Assembly: GCA_046045965.1 (NCBI GenBank)
Contig: JBJOKS010000006.1
Coordinates: 32,001-96,000 of the forward strand
Length of the DNA: 64,000 nt
Direction of reading: 5' to 3'
From: Cyanobacteriota bacterium
Lineage (GTDB): Bacteria; Cyanobacteriota; Cyanobacteriia; Cyanobacteriales; Nostocaceae
A program made the position numbers and the translations under genes. The notes beneath the pieces were generated by a model. The model did not search any database, was not told where the DNA came from, and worked only from the letters and a program-made list of their open reading frames with translations. Of the stretch, positions 42,548 through 51,782 are shown piece after piece; position 1 is the stretch's first letter, and each line of letters begins with the position of its first letter.

Positions 42548-43696
42548 ATGAATGTAGTAATTATCGGTTGTGGTGTAGTTGGGGCGGCGATCGCATATCA
42601 ACTCAGTCAAGTTAAAGGTTTAAATATCACTGTTTTTGACAAAAACCAACCCGCACAAGGTTCTACTGCTGCTGCTCTCGGTGTTTTGATGGGCGTAATT
42701 AGCCATAAAACTAAGGGCAAAGCTTGGAAGATGCGGGAAGAAAGTATTAAACGTTATGAAACTCTAATTCCTGAATTGGAAGCTATTACAGGGCGCAAAA
42801 TCCCTTGTAACCGTCAGGGCATTGTTATGCTATTGTCGGAAGACCCAGCACACCCTTTAGCCAGTGGTGTGGAAGTGATGACAGAATGGGAACAATTGCG
42901 GGAAGTTCGTAAATCTCAAGGTTGGCAATTAGCTGTTTGGGACAAAGAAAAACTTCAGAAATTCTGTCCACAAATTAATAATCCTACTGTTATTGGTGCT
43001 GTTTATTCTCCTCAAGACCGTCAACTTAACCCTACGGCTTTAACTTTAGCTTTAGTAGATGCAGCTCAACGCAATGGGGTAAAATTTAAATTTGGTGTGG
43101 CTGTACGCAATCACCAAGCACCATCTTCGGAAATAGTACAGATAACACCTCATGTTACTGAACAACTTAAATCTATTGAAACTTCAGAAGGTCCGGTGAG
43201 CGCAGATTGGTTTATTGTTGCTGCTGGTTTGGGTTCAACTTTACTGACTAGACAATTAAATCAAAAGGTGAATATTCGCCCGGTTTTAGGACAGGCTTTA
43301 TATTTAAGTTTAGGACGGGTTTTAGGAACTTCTGAGTTTCAACCGGTGATTACTGGTAATGATGTCCATCTCGTTCCTATGGGTAGTGGTGACTATTGGG
43401 TGGGTGCTACGGTAGAATTTCCCAATGATGCAGATGAGATACTTGCAAAGAAAGAATTATTAGAATCTGTGAAACAACAAGCGATCGCATTTTGTCCAGA
43501 TTTAGCTGAGGCGAAAATTCTCCGTACTTGGTCTGGTTTGCGTCCCCGTCCTGAAGGTAGACCAGCACCTGTGATTGATAAATTACCAGGTTTTAGTAAT
43601 GTTGTTTTAGCCACTGGTCACTATCGCAATGGTGTTTTACTCGCACCTGCTACAGCTTTAGCCGTACGGGATATGATTATTCCTCAAGGTTATTAA
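42548..43696 (+). CDS. FAD-dependent oxidoreductase (DAO/glycine oxidase-like)
   Basis: IIGCGVVG, WSGLRP, GHYRNGVLLAP. Confidence 0.9.
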   Translation: MNVVIIGCGVVGAAIAYQLSQVKGLNITVFDKNQPAQGSTAAALGVLMGVISHKTKGKAWKMREESIKRYETLIPELEAITGRKIPCNRQGIVMLLSEDPAHPLASGVEVMTEWEQLREVRKSQGWQLAVWDKEKLQKFCPQINNPTVIGAVYSPQDRQLNPTALTLALVDAAQRNGVKFKFGVAVRNHQAPSSEIVQITPHVTEQLKSIETSEGPVSADWFIVAAGLGSTLLTRQLNQKVNIRPVLGQALYLSLGRVLGTSEFQPVITGNDVHLVPMGSGDYWVGATVEFPNDADEILAKKELLESVKQQAIAFCPDLAEAKILRTWSGLRPRPEGRPAPVIDKLPGFSNVVLATGHYRNGVLLAPATALAVRDMIIPQGY

Positions 43697-43730
43697 TATT
43701 AGTTGACAGGTGACAGGATTAATTAATCAT

Positions 43731-43785
43731 ATCTTGATTTAATCCTGTAAATCCTATAATCCTGGATATCCTGATTCAGACAAAA
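43731..43785. repeat. Dispersed repeat AATCCTGTAAATCC...TCCTGATTCAGACAA
   Basis: Internal ATCCT repeats; 3' end matches 27327 and 27837. Confidence 0.6.
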
Positions 43786-43996
43786 ATATTTAATTATCTT
43801 GTTTAATTATTTTATCATAGTTCTTCCTTGTCGAAATCAATGATATCAGGTTTTGGGATGCAAGTCAATAGATTAATCTCTGCAAATGCGAGATTTTTTT
43901 GTAAAAATTCTCTTCCCTATTTATAGGATGATAAAAGAGAATACAGTATTTAGGCATCTGTGCGGTGCTGTTGCATTTTCAGGATAGGAAAATAGA

Positions 43997-44848
43997 GTGG
44001 CAATACAAGAACATAAAATCACAGTAAATTCATTAGAATGGTTTTATCGGGAAGCGGAACCCATTGGACAAAGTGACTTATTACCAGTGGTATTACTACA
44101 CGGTATAGTTTCCCAAAGTTATAGCTGGAGAAACATTATACCAGCTTTAGCGGCACAAGGAACAAGAGCGATCGCACCAGACTGGATTGGATACGGCTTT
44201 TCTGGTAAACCTGAAAAACAGGATTTTGCTTACACTCCCGACGCATTTATCAAAGCTTTAGATGAATTTATTCAAACAATAGAATTAGAACGTTTTTCCT
44301 TAGTTGTGCAAGGTTTTTTAGGATCAGTTGGTTTACAATATGCCTTACGTCATCCTGAAAAAATAGCCAACATAGCAATTTTAAATACTCCCATTTCCAC
44401 AGATGCCAAACTACCTTGGAAAATTCAACAAATGGGTTTACCATTAGCAGGTGAAGTCATGACCCAAGACCCATTATTAGTGGATAGAACCCTAGAAGGT
44501 GGTAGTTGTTACCGCATCGAAGATAAAGATTTAGATATTTATCGCAAACCGTACTTAAAAAGTTCTGCATCTGGTCGCAGTTTGCTGTCAACAATTAGAA
44601 ATTTGCAACTAGACAAAGCCATGACAGAAATAGCAACTGGTTTTAAAGAATGGCAAAAACCGATTTTATTACAATGGGGAATGATCGATCCTTGGTTATC
44701 TGTAGATATTGCCGAAAGTTTTTTGAAATCTGTACGTGATGTGGAAATAATCAAACTCAATAATGTGGGACATTATCCCCAAGAACATTATCATGAAGTG
44801 ATTTTACAAGACCTGTTACCCTTTGTGCGTCGTTCTCAGTCGAATTAG
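43997..44848 (+). CDS. Alpha/beta fold hydrolase
   Basis: LLHG, APDWIGYGFS, GHYPQE. Confidence 0.88.
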   Translation: MAIQEHKITVNSLEWFYREAEPIGQSDLLPVVLLHGIVSQSYSWRNIIPALAAQGTRAIAPDWIGYGFSGKPEKQDFAYTPDAFIKALDEFIQTIELERFSLVVQGFLGSVGLQYALRHPEKIANIAILNTPISTDAKLPWKIQQMGLPLAGEVMTQDPLLVDRTLEGGSCYRIEDKDLDIYRKPYLKSSASGRSLLSTIRNLQLDKAMTEIATGFKEWQKPILLQWGMIDPWLSVDIAESFLKSVRDVEIIKLNNVGHYPQEHYHEVILQDLLPFVRRSQSN

Positions 44849-44852
44849 CTAG

Positions 44853-44903
44853 TGTAGAGACGTTTCATGTAGCGGAAGCTTCCCCAAGAGTAACGTCTCT
44901 ACA
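44853..44903. repeat. Palindromic repeat TGTAGAGACGTT...AACGTCTCTACA
   Basis: 12-bp perfect arms. Confidence 0.8.
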
Positions 44904-45027
44904 TTTTTGAGAAAGTAATTATTGTTATACTTCTTAATATAATTTGTATCCTTGTCAACAATTGCCGTAACCTGATAATGAAAGTAAATGCAATCATCTG
45001 TAAATTGATTAAGGTAGGTTAGGATTC

Positions 45028-45621
45028 ATGGCTTATTCATGGTTTAAAGCCTTTCACATTATCGGCTTTGTCGTTTGGTTTGCAGGGTTATTCTACCTAG
45101 TGCGTTTGTTTATCTACCATGTAGAAGCTAACCAAGAACCAGAACCCGCAAAAACGATACTGAAAAACCAGTATCAAATTATGGAAAAGCGTCTCTACCA
45201 CATTATCACCATCCCCGGAATGATAGTCACAGTAGCGATGGCTATTGGTATTATTTCCACCAACCCAGACTTGTTAAAAGAAACCTGGTTACATTTTAAA
45301 TTAGGGTTTGTGGGTATTTTGCTGATCTATCATCATTATTGTGGTAGGTTGATGAAAAAGTTAGCCGCAGATGAATGTAAATGGAGTGGACAACAATTAA
45401 GGGCTTTAAATGAAGCACCAACTTTGTTATTAGTTGTGATTGTGATGTTGGCTATTTTCAAGAATAATCTACCCACAGATATCACCGCTTGGCTAATTTT
45501 TGGTTTAGTGATTTTCATGGCTGTGAGTATTCAGATGTACGCCAAAATCCGCAGACGCAATAAAGAAAAGATGATGGCAGAAATGAATCAAGTTAATCAA
45601 ATTCCCCAAGCACAAAGTTAG
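45028..45621 (+). CDS. hemJ: Protoporphyrinogen IX oxidase HemJ
   Basis: WFKAFH, WFAGLFYLVRLFIYH, MEKRLY, NEAPT. Confidence 0.95.
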   Translation: MAYSWFKAFHIIGFVVWFAGLFYLVRLFIYHVEANQEPEPAKTILKNQYQIMEKRLYHIITIPGMIVTVAMAIGIISTNPDLLKETWLHFKLGFVGILLIYHHYCGRLMKKLAADECKWSGQQLRALNEAPTLLLVVIVMLAIFKNNLPTDITAWLIFGLVIFMAVSIQMYAKIRRRNKEKMMAEMNQVNQIPQAQS

Positions 45622-45837
45622 ATTTTCAGGTGGGTTTTGCCCACCCTCAAATGATAATTGATTTAATAAAGCCCCCTCTTGAACGATTAATCACAAGAGA
45701 GGGTTTGGAGCTAAAGTCCGGTAGGGTAATCGGGCTATTTAATATTTAATAATTATTAGTTAATTATCAAGTCCTCCTGAAGATAGATCAATTTTCCTGA
45801 AAAATCATTTGTTGGTATAATTAAATCAAAAACTGAT

Positions 45838-45873
45838 AAAAAAAGCCCCCGCTGTCAGATATCAACGGGGAGC
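45838..45873 (-). terminator. Intrinsic terminator, possibly of a small RNA
   Basis: Minus strand GCTCCCCGTTG...CAGCGGGGGC followed by T7. Confidence 0.65.
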
Positions 45874-46107
45874 ATAAAGTATTAAAGTTCGTCAGGTGAT
45901 CGGAATATTTAATTATTTAGTATTTATTGCTTGTATCTTTATTCCTCCATTAGAGAGAGAAATATTGATAAATCAGTTTAAAATCGTATATTAAAACACT
46001 AAAGGTTAATTTTGCAGATATATATAATATAGCAAAATGCAAGAGTCAGCAAGGGGTTAGCAATGCTAAACCCTGACAGGAGTTAAGAGTACAACCCGCT
46101 TGATAAC

Positions 46108-46243
46108 CAATACTTTTCGGTTAAGCCCAAAAAATATAATGATGTAGGTTGGGTTGACGATAGGAAACCCAACATTTACAAGGGTTTGTTGGGTTTCACT
46201 TTGTTCAACCCAACCTACGAAAACTCTTAACCGAACAGTATTG
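46108..46243. mobile_element. Nezha-like MITE (136 bp)
   Basis: 18-bp TIRs CAATACTTTTCGGTTAAG/CTTAACCGAACAGTATTG (17/18); perfect 10-bp TSD GCTTGATAAC at 46098-46107 and 46244-46253. Confidence 0.92.
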
Positions 46244-46282
46244 GCTTGATAACTATCTCGATTTTGAGAAACGTAATAGTTA

Positions 46283-46702
46283 CTAAATTTGAAAATCCTC
46301 TTTTAAAGACTGTCTAAGCTGTTCAATTTGGCTATATGGAAAAGCATCTATTTTTAATTGTCTTTCTATTATGTAGAGACTTCCCAGTAGTATAGTGCTG
46401 ATCATCGCTAAAATATAGGTTGTCCCGACAAAACTATTGATGACCTTGAATTTTGAATTTTTTAATCGCTGTAGTGAACGTTTTTCTTTACCCATTAATA
46501 ATACTAGATAAAATCTGCGTTTAAAAAAGGGAATAGAAACCCTCATATCTACAGCAGATGAATTATTATTTTGTTGTTCAAATACCTTTTTTAACTCTGC
46601 TATTTGAGCATCAGTAAAAGTTGCAGAAATTTCAGCAGGAATACGAGCTAAAAGTCTTTGGATAGCAGGATCATTCTGATTTGAAAAATGTTGTTCTGGC
46701 AT
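46283..46702 (-). CDS. Hypothetical membrane protein, paralog of the upstream gene
   Basis: IPAEISATFTDAQI...FYLVLLMGKEKRS matches 46752-47312. Confidence 0.8.
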   Translation of the reverse strand: MPEQHFSNQNDPAIQRLLARIPAEISATFTDAQIAELKKVFEQQNNNSSAVDMRVSIPFFKRRFYLVLLMGKEKRSLQRLKNSKFKVINSFVGTTYILAMISTILLGSLYIIERQLKIDAFPYSQIEQLRQSLKEDFQI

Positions 46703-46751
46703 TGTACTTTTCTGCTTATTTGTAATGTTTTTTTCTTGATATCAATGTGTC

Positions 46752-47312
46752 TTAAAAAGAAAGACTATGTTGATTATCCCAGCATTTATTATCCTTCCAG
46801 GTTCTATCAAATCGTTCACAGTCTTCTTGATTTTCTACTCCAGGTATTGAGGTAGGAAAAGCCAAGTTCAGGTGAGTAGGAAGTAGAGATTTTACTAAAA
46901 ATAGTGTGGAAATACTACCAGTGACGATCATCAAAGCAAATATAAATAAAATAGAAATATTACCAGGAGTCCAAAAAGGATATAAGCTCTTTTCGTATTT
47001 CCACCTTTGTTTTGAGCGACGTTCTTCACCTGCCAATAACACCACATAAAAAGGTAGTATAGGAATTAAAATAGATATTCGTTTGTCTATAAAATGCTCG
47101 TGCCACTCACGTCCTTGAAACCCATTTTTTATAGCTGCAATTTGCTCATTTGTAAACGTTTCTGCTATTTCTGGGGAAATTTGATAGAAGAGTTCTTCAA
47201 AACTACTGGGATTAACTTTCTGGTTTTCTTGGTGTTCTGCTATTTTCATACTGGCGATAAATAGATATATTATTAAATGCAATTTATTAATCAAGTTATT
47301 TAAAACTAACAC
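46752..47312 (-). CDS. Hypothetical membrane protein with C-terminal Cys pair
   Basis: ISPEIAETFTNEQI...FYVVLLAGEERRS and PTSIPG..C..W...CWD; true start probably at MKIAEH. Confidence 0.8.
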   Translation of the reverse strand: MLVLNNLINKLHLIIYLFIASMKIAEHQENQKVNPSSFEELFYQISPEIAETFTNEQIAAIKNGFQGREWHEHFIDKRISILIPILPFYVVLLAGEERRSKQRWKYEKSLYPFWTPGNISILFIFALMIVTGSISTLFLVKSLLPTHLNLAFPTSIPGVENQEDCERFDRTWKDNKCWDNQHSLSF

Positions 47313-47737
47313 GATTTTTCTGTTAGCGTTACAGCAATTTTACAAGAAAATTTTTTAGTATATGTACTTAAATAATTCTCCAATGATTCCCTGGAAACTA
47401 CTTAATTTTTAGCATACTCATTTTTCTTCTTAGACGATTTGACCACAAGATAGCCAAATAAACAATACCGAAGTTCTGAGGCTGAACCCTTTCCTTTAAC
47501 CAAGTATGGCGGGAATAAAAGAATTTATTTGGTAGGATATAGGAACCCAGCACCCAATATTTGTCAGATGCCAATAGTGTTCGGATTCGCTGTACAGTAT
47601 TACTAGAGGTTTACACTTAAGTAATATTTTTAAAGTTTAGTGGTTTTACGTTCCCAATTTTATGACGAACCATATTCAACCATCCCGACCTAATCAATGG
47701 TAAATTGACAGTAATTTCTTGCCCCCGTTTCTAAAAT

Positions 47738-48292
47738 ATGTTACTAATTCCCATCAACTTAGAAACACCAAGGTTACTGCTGCGTAACTTTGAAGATAGG
47801 CATATAAACGCTTTTACTGCTTATCGCAATGATCCTGAAGTTGCTAAATATCAAAGTTGGGAAATTCCTTACCCAGCAACAACAGCTAGAGAATTTATAG
47901 AATATCTGCAACAGACAAAACCGGGGACTTTGGGGGAATGGTATCAGATAGCGATCGCACTCAAAACCACAGATGAAATAATTGGAGATTGTGCTTTTTG
48001 CATCTTAGCTGAAGATGGACAACAAGCGGAAATTGGTTTTACTTTGTCACGTCAACATCAAGGAAAAGGTTATGCAACGGAAGCTGTAAGCTGTTTATTG
48101 GCATATTTATTTACAGAGTATAAATTGCATCGTATCCGGGCAAATTGCGACTCGGAAAATATCGCATCTGTTCAACTCCTGGAACGTTTGGGGATGCGAC
48201 GGGAAGGACATTTTATTAAGAGTTTGTGGTTTAAGGGTGAGTGGGTTGATGAGTTGTGGTTTGCTGTTTTGCGTGAGGAGTGGGAAAGGTAA
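47738..48292 (+). CDS. RimJ/RimL-family GNAT N-acetyltransferase
   Basis: LETPRLLLR, QGKGYATEA, NIASVQLLERLG. Confidence 0.92.
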   Translation: MLLIPINLETPRLLLRNFEDRHINAFTAYRNDPEVAKYQSWEIPYPATTAREFIEYLQQTKPGTLGEWYQIAIALKTTDEIIGDCAFCILAEDGQQAEIGFTLSRQHQGKGYATEAVSCLLAYLFTEYKLHRIRANCDSENIASVQLLERLGMRREGHFIKSLWFKGEWVDELWFAVLREEWER

Positions 48293-48343
48293 AGTAGTTG
48301 CAAAAAGTGATATCATTAATTGGTTGCATTAAATGGTTATGTT

Positions 48344-48598
48344 ATGGAACGAGAAGCTTTAACAGTCCGTTTTCCCTCGGAACTACTAGCAAAAGCTAGG
48401 AAGATCAAAGAAAATAGCGAATCTTTTAATGATTTAATAGTTGAAGCTTTAGAACGTGAGGTCAGACGAAGAAGGGGATGGGCTGCACATCAAAGAATTA
48501 TTGCCAGGAGTGAAACCGTTAAAGCAAGAACTGGTACACAAGCAACTTCTACCGATATAATACGCAGTCTCAGAGAGGGTGAGGGAAGACGTGACTAG
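48344..48598 (+). CDS. RHH-type antitoxin
   Basis: LTVRFPSELL...FNDLIVEALEREV; overlaps the toxin gene. Confidence 0.8.
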   Translation: MEREALTVRFPSELLAKARKIKENSESFNDLIVEALEREVRRRRGWAAHQRIIARSETVKARTGTQATSTDIIRSLREGEGRRD

Positions 48599-49028
48599 AA
48601 TTTTGTGCATAGATACCAGTATTTGGATACCTTACCTTGTTCCAGAAGTGTATCAACCTCAAGCCAGAACCCTACTAACAGAAGCATTAAGTTTAAATAT
48701 ACGTTTAGTAGCTCCTGCTTTTGCTTGGGCAGAAATTGGATCTGTTTTACGGAAGAAAACACGAATGGGAGTCATAACAAAAGAGGAAGCACAAGATTTT
48801 TTTGAGGACTTCTGTGAATTGCCGATAGATTATATTGAAGATGAAGTAATCAGGGTAAAAAGTTGGGAAATTGCCGAAAAATACGGTTTATCTACCCTTT
48901 ATGATGCAGCTTTTCTGGCTTGTTCTGAGATGACATCTGCTGAGTTTTGGACTGCTGATGCTGCATTGGTGAAACAACTTACACCTAAACCTATTTATTT
49001 GCGAGAAATAGAAGAGATAGTCAATTAA
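48591..49028 (+). CDS. vapC: VapC-like PIN toxin
   Basis: LCIDTS, LYDAAFLA, FWTAD. Confidence 0.88.
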   Translation: MTRILCIDTSIWIPYLVPEVYQPQARTLLTEALSLNIRLVAPAFAWAEIGSVLRKKTRMGVITKEEAQDFFEDFCELPIDYIEDEVIRVKSWEIAEKYGLSTLYDAAFLACSEMTSAEFWTADAALVKQLTPKPIYLREIEEIVN

Positions 49029-49063
49029 AATTATGCCTATTTTGTAATTCGTGAATCTTTATT

Positions 49064-50063
49064 ATGCAAGAAATAACCGCCAATTATGATGAATCCTGGA
49101 AAGAAGCATTAACAGAGTATTTTGAAAGCTTCTTAACATTCTTTTTCCCGTAAGTTCATCAATTAATTGATTGGACAAAACCACCCCGTTCCCTAGATAA
49201 AGAATTACAGGAAATTACAGCTTCATCAGAGACAGAAAAACGAATTGCTGATCAACTTTATCAAGTTTGGTTGCTTGACAAACGAGAAGTTTGGATATTA
49301 ATTCATGTAGAAATTCAAAGTCAATATGAAGTAGATTTTGGTGAACGGATGTATATTTATAATTACCGTTCCTTTGATCTGTATCACAAACCTGTAGTTA
49401 GTCTCGCTGTTCTCGGTGATGAAAGGAATAATTGGCGACAAGCGTGCTTATGGTTATTCCCTTGGAGGGTGTGAAGTTAGTCTGAAATTTCCCATTGCTA
49501 AACTTTTAGACTATGAATCTCGCTGGCAAGAATTAGAAGCTAGTGATAATCCATTTGCTATCATAGTAATGGCACATTTAAAAACTAAAGCAACCACTGG
49601 TAATTTATCAGAACGGGAACAATGGAAATGGATATTAATTCGCGGACTTTATGATAGAGGTTTAACAAAAGAACAAATTGTTAAGCTATTTAAAATCATT
49701 GACAAAATGATGACATTACCTGAGCAATTACAGCGAAAGTTAGTGAATCAAATTAATAGTTTTGAGGAGGAAAGAAAAATGCCTTTTATCAGTCCTACAG
49801 AAGAAATGGCAATAGAACGCGGTAAGGAGATTGGGAAAGAAATTGGTAAGGAGATTGGTAAAGAACTTGGTGCTTTACAAAAGGCTCGTGATAATGTCAA
49901 AACTGTTTTGCAAACTCGACTGGGTGAGGTTTCTTTAGAGATTATTGTATCTTTAGCTCAAATTTCTAATCTATCTATTTTGGATGAAATGTTGAAGTTG
50001 GCAGTAACAGTTAATTCCTTTGATGATTTTAAACAGGCTTTGGAAGTAGTAACATCTAAATAA
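49064..50063 (+). pseudogene. Rpn-like PD-(D/E)XK protein pseudogene
   Basis: YDESWKEAL start, TAA at 49151, LIHVEIQSQ motif, frameshift near 49440, GKEI repeats. Confidence 0.85.
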
Positions 50064-50105
50064 TTCACAATGAATGGAATTTGCTAATAATAAATTCAGT
50101 TTTTT

Positions 50106-50143
50106 AAACCCACCTTTTACTTAGTTGTGAAATTGGTGGGTTT
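50106..50143. terminator. Hairpin between convergent genes
   Basis: AAACCCACC/GGTGGGTTT stem. Confidence 0.5.
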
Positions 50144-50182
50144 TGTCTATTGTTGCGTGTTTATAAATTGTTGCTTCATCAA

Positions 50183-50350
50183 TCATGGTGATTCTACTTG
50201 TTGAGATTTTTTATTTTGTGCGATCGCTCTCTTGACAATAACCTTAGCTAGTTGAGGAACACTGAGAAACTCTCTAGCAGCCCAATCTTCTAAGTATTTA
50301 TATTCGTCTTCTTCTATACGAATTGTCATTTGCGGTTTTTTGGAAGGCAT
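50183..50350 (-). CDS. 55-aa ribbon-helix-helix (CopG-like) protein
   Basis: MPSKKPQMTIRIEEDEYKYLEDWAAREFLSVPQLAKVIVKRAI...; below the ORF-track cutoff. Confidence 0.75.
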   Translation of the reverse strand: MPSKKPQMTIRIEEDEYKYLEDWAAREFLSVPQLAKVIVKRAIAQNKKSQQVESP

Positions 50351-50420
50351 ATCTCACCATGATTCACTACTCCTAAATTATCGTTCTTATTAGTCTGATT
50401 GACTAATAATGAATTAAAGT

Positions 50421-50445
50421 AGTTACAGGTGAGTCACTTGTAACT
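50421..50445. promoter_or_regulatory. Palindrome in the divergent promoter region
   Basis: AGTTACAGGTGA-G-TCACTTGTAACT (11/12), adjacent to TATAAT. Confidence 0.55.
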
Positions 50446-50545
50446 ATAATATTAACAGGTGATTTATTTGTCAAGCATCTAAAATTCTGACATTTTAACT
50501 AAAATAATAGTATTAATATCTAACATTGTCATAAATCAAACCATC

Positions 50546-51754
50546 ATGACTACCAACATCCTGGATAACATTGACCTGCGGACATTAGGTGAACTCCTGC
50601 AACAAGCCCGTAAAAAATGCGGCATGACTCAAGCGGATGCAGCCAAGATTATTGATGCTGCACGCACCACTATGATCGCTATTGAAAAAGGGGAACGTCG
50701 CCTCAAAGCCAATGAACTGATTAAACTTGCTCGTGCTTACGGACGTTCTGTAAGTGAATTTGTGCGATCGCGCCCTGTCGTACAACCTTTTGAAGTGCAG
50801 TTTCGTGCAGTTTATCAACGCAGTCAGGAACAACAAGCAGAAATTGAACCATTTATCTCCCAATTAGAGGAATTATGTCAGAATTACCTAGAACTTGAGA
50901 AAATCATGGATGCGCCAATAGCGCGAAACTATCCTCTTGAGTATCAAGTAACAGATATGCCCATTAAATCTGCTGCGGAAAGTATAGCAGTAGCAGAACG
51001 TCAACGCTTAGGTTTAGGTGATGCGCCTATTTCCCAACTGCGAGACATCCTAGAACAAGATGTGGGTTTACGGATCTTCTATTTGCAGATGCCGCAAAAA
51101 TACTCAGAAGTGTATAGCTATAACGAAGAAGTTGGTGGTTGTATGGCTATTAATGCCAATCATCCAGAAGAACGTCGGCGCTGGTCAATGGCGCATGGAT
51201 ATCTGCACTTTTTAGCGCATCGGCAAAAACCAGAGTTTCATTTTGAGGGACAATATCAACGATTTCCTGAAAGTGAACAACTAGCGGAAACTTTCCCCAA
51301 ATATTTCTTGATGCCTACCAGTGGATTGCTGAAGCGGTTTAATGATATGTACCGTACACACGGCAAATTCACACCGACTAATTTATTTACCCTAGCGCAT
51401 TACTATGGTGTGTCCGTAGAAGCCCTAGTTTATCGGTTAGAAGAAATGGAACTTCTACCTTCAGGAACTTGGGAGAAATTGCGAGATAGAGGTTTAAAAG
51501 TCAGAAAGGTACAGGAAGAACTAGGTTTAGAACAAATCCCGCAAAGGGTTGATATGATGCCACTGCACTATCAACACTTAGCAATTGAAGCTCTTGATCA
51601 AGGTTTAATTACAGAAGGGCGTTTTGCTGAATTTCTCCATGTTGACCGCTTAGAAGCCCGTCGCATAGCTGAAGCTTTACGGGAATATTCAAGCGGAATG
51701 ATGGAAAAAGATACGGATTTTGATTTGCGTCAAATCCAAACTGCTGGGAAGTGA
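50546..51754 (+). CDS. XRE HTH fused to ImmA/IrrE-like domain (HExxH altered to HGxxH)
   Basis: HTH; RRRWSMAHGYLH; YFLMP. Confidence 0.9.
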   Translation: MTTNILDNIDLRTLGELLQQARKKCGMTQADAAKIIDAARTTMIAIEKGERRLKANELIKLARAYGRSVSEFVRSRPVVQPFEVQFRAVYQRSQEQQAEIEPFISQLEELCQNYLELEKIMDAPIARNYPLEYQVTDMPIKSAAESIAVAERQRLGLGDAPISQLRDILEQDVGLRIFYLQMPQKYSEVYSYNEEVGGCMAINANHPEERRRWSMAHGYLHFLAHRQKPEFHFEGQYQRFPESEQLAETFPKYFLMPTSGLLKRFNDMYRTHGKFTPTNLFTLAHYYGVSVEALVYRLEEMELLPSGTWEKLRDRGLKVRKVQEELGLEQIPQRVDMMPLHYQHLAIEALDQGLITEGRFAEFLHVDRLEARRIAEALREYSSGMMEKDTDFDLRQIQTAGK

Positions 51755-51782
51755 GGAGTATATATAATATATCTAAATTATT

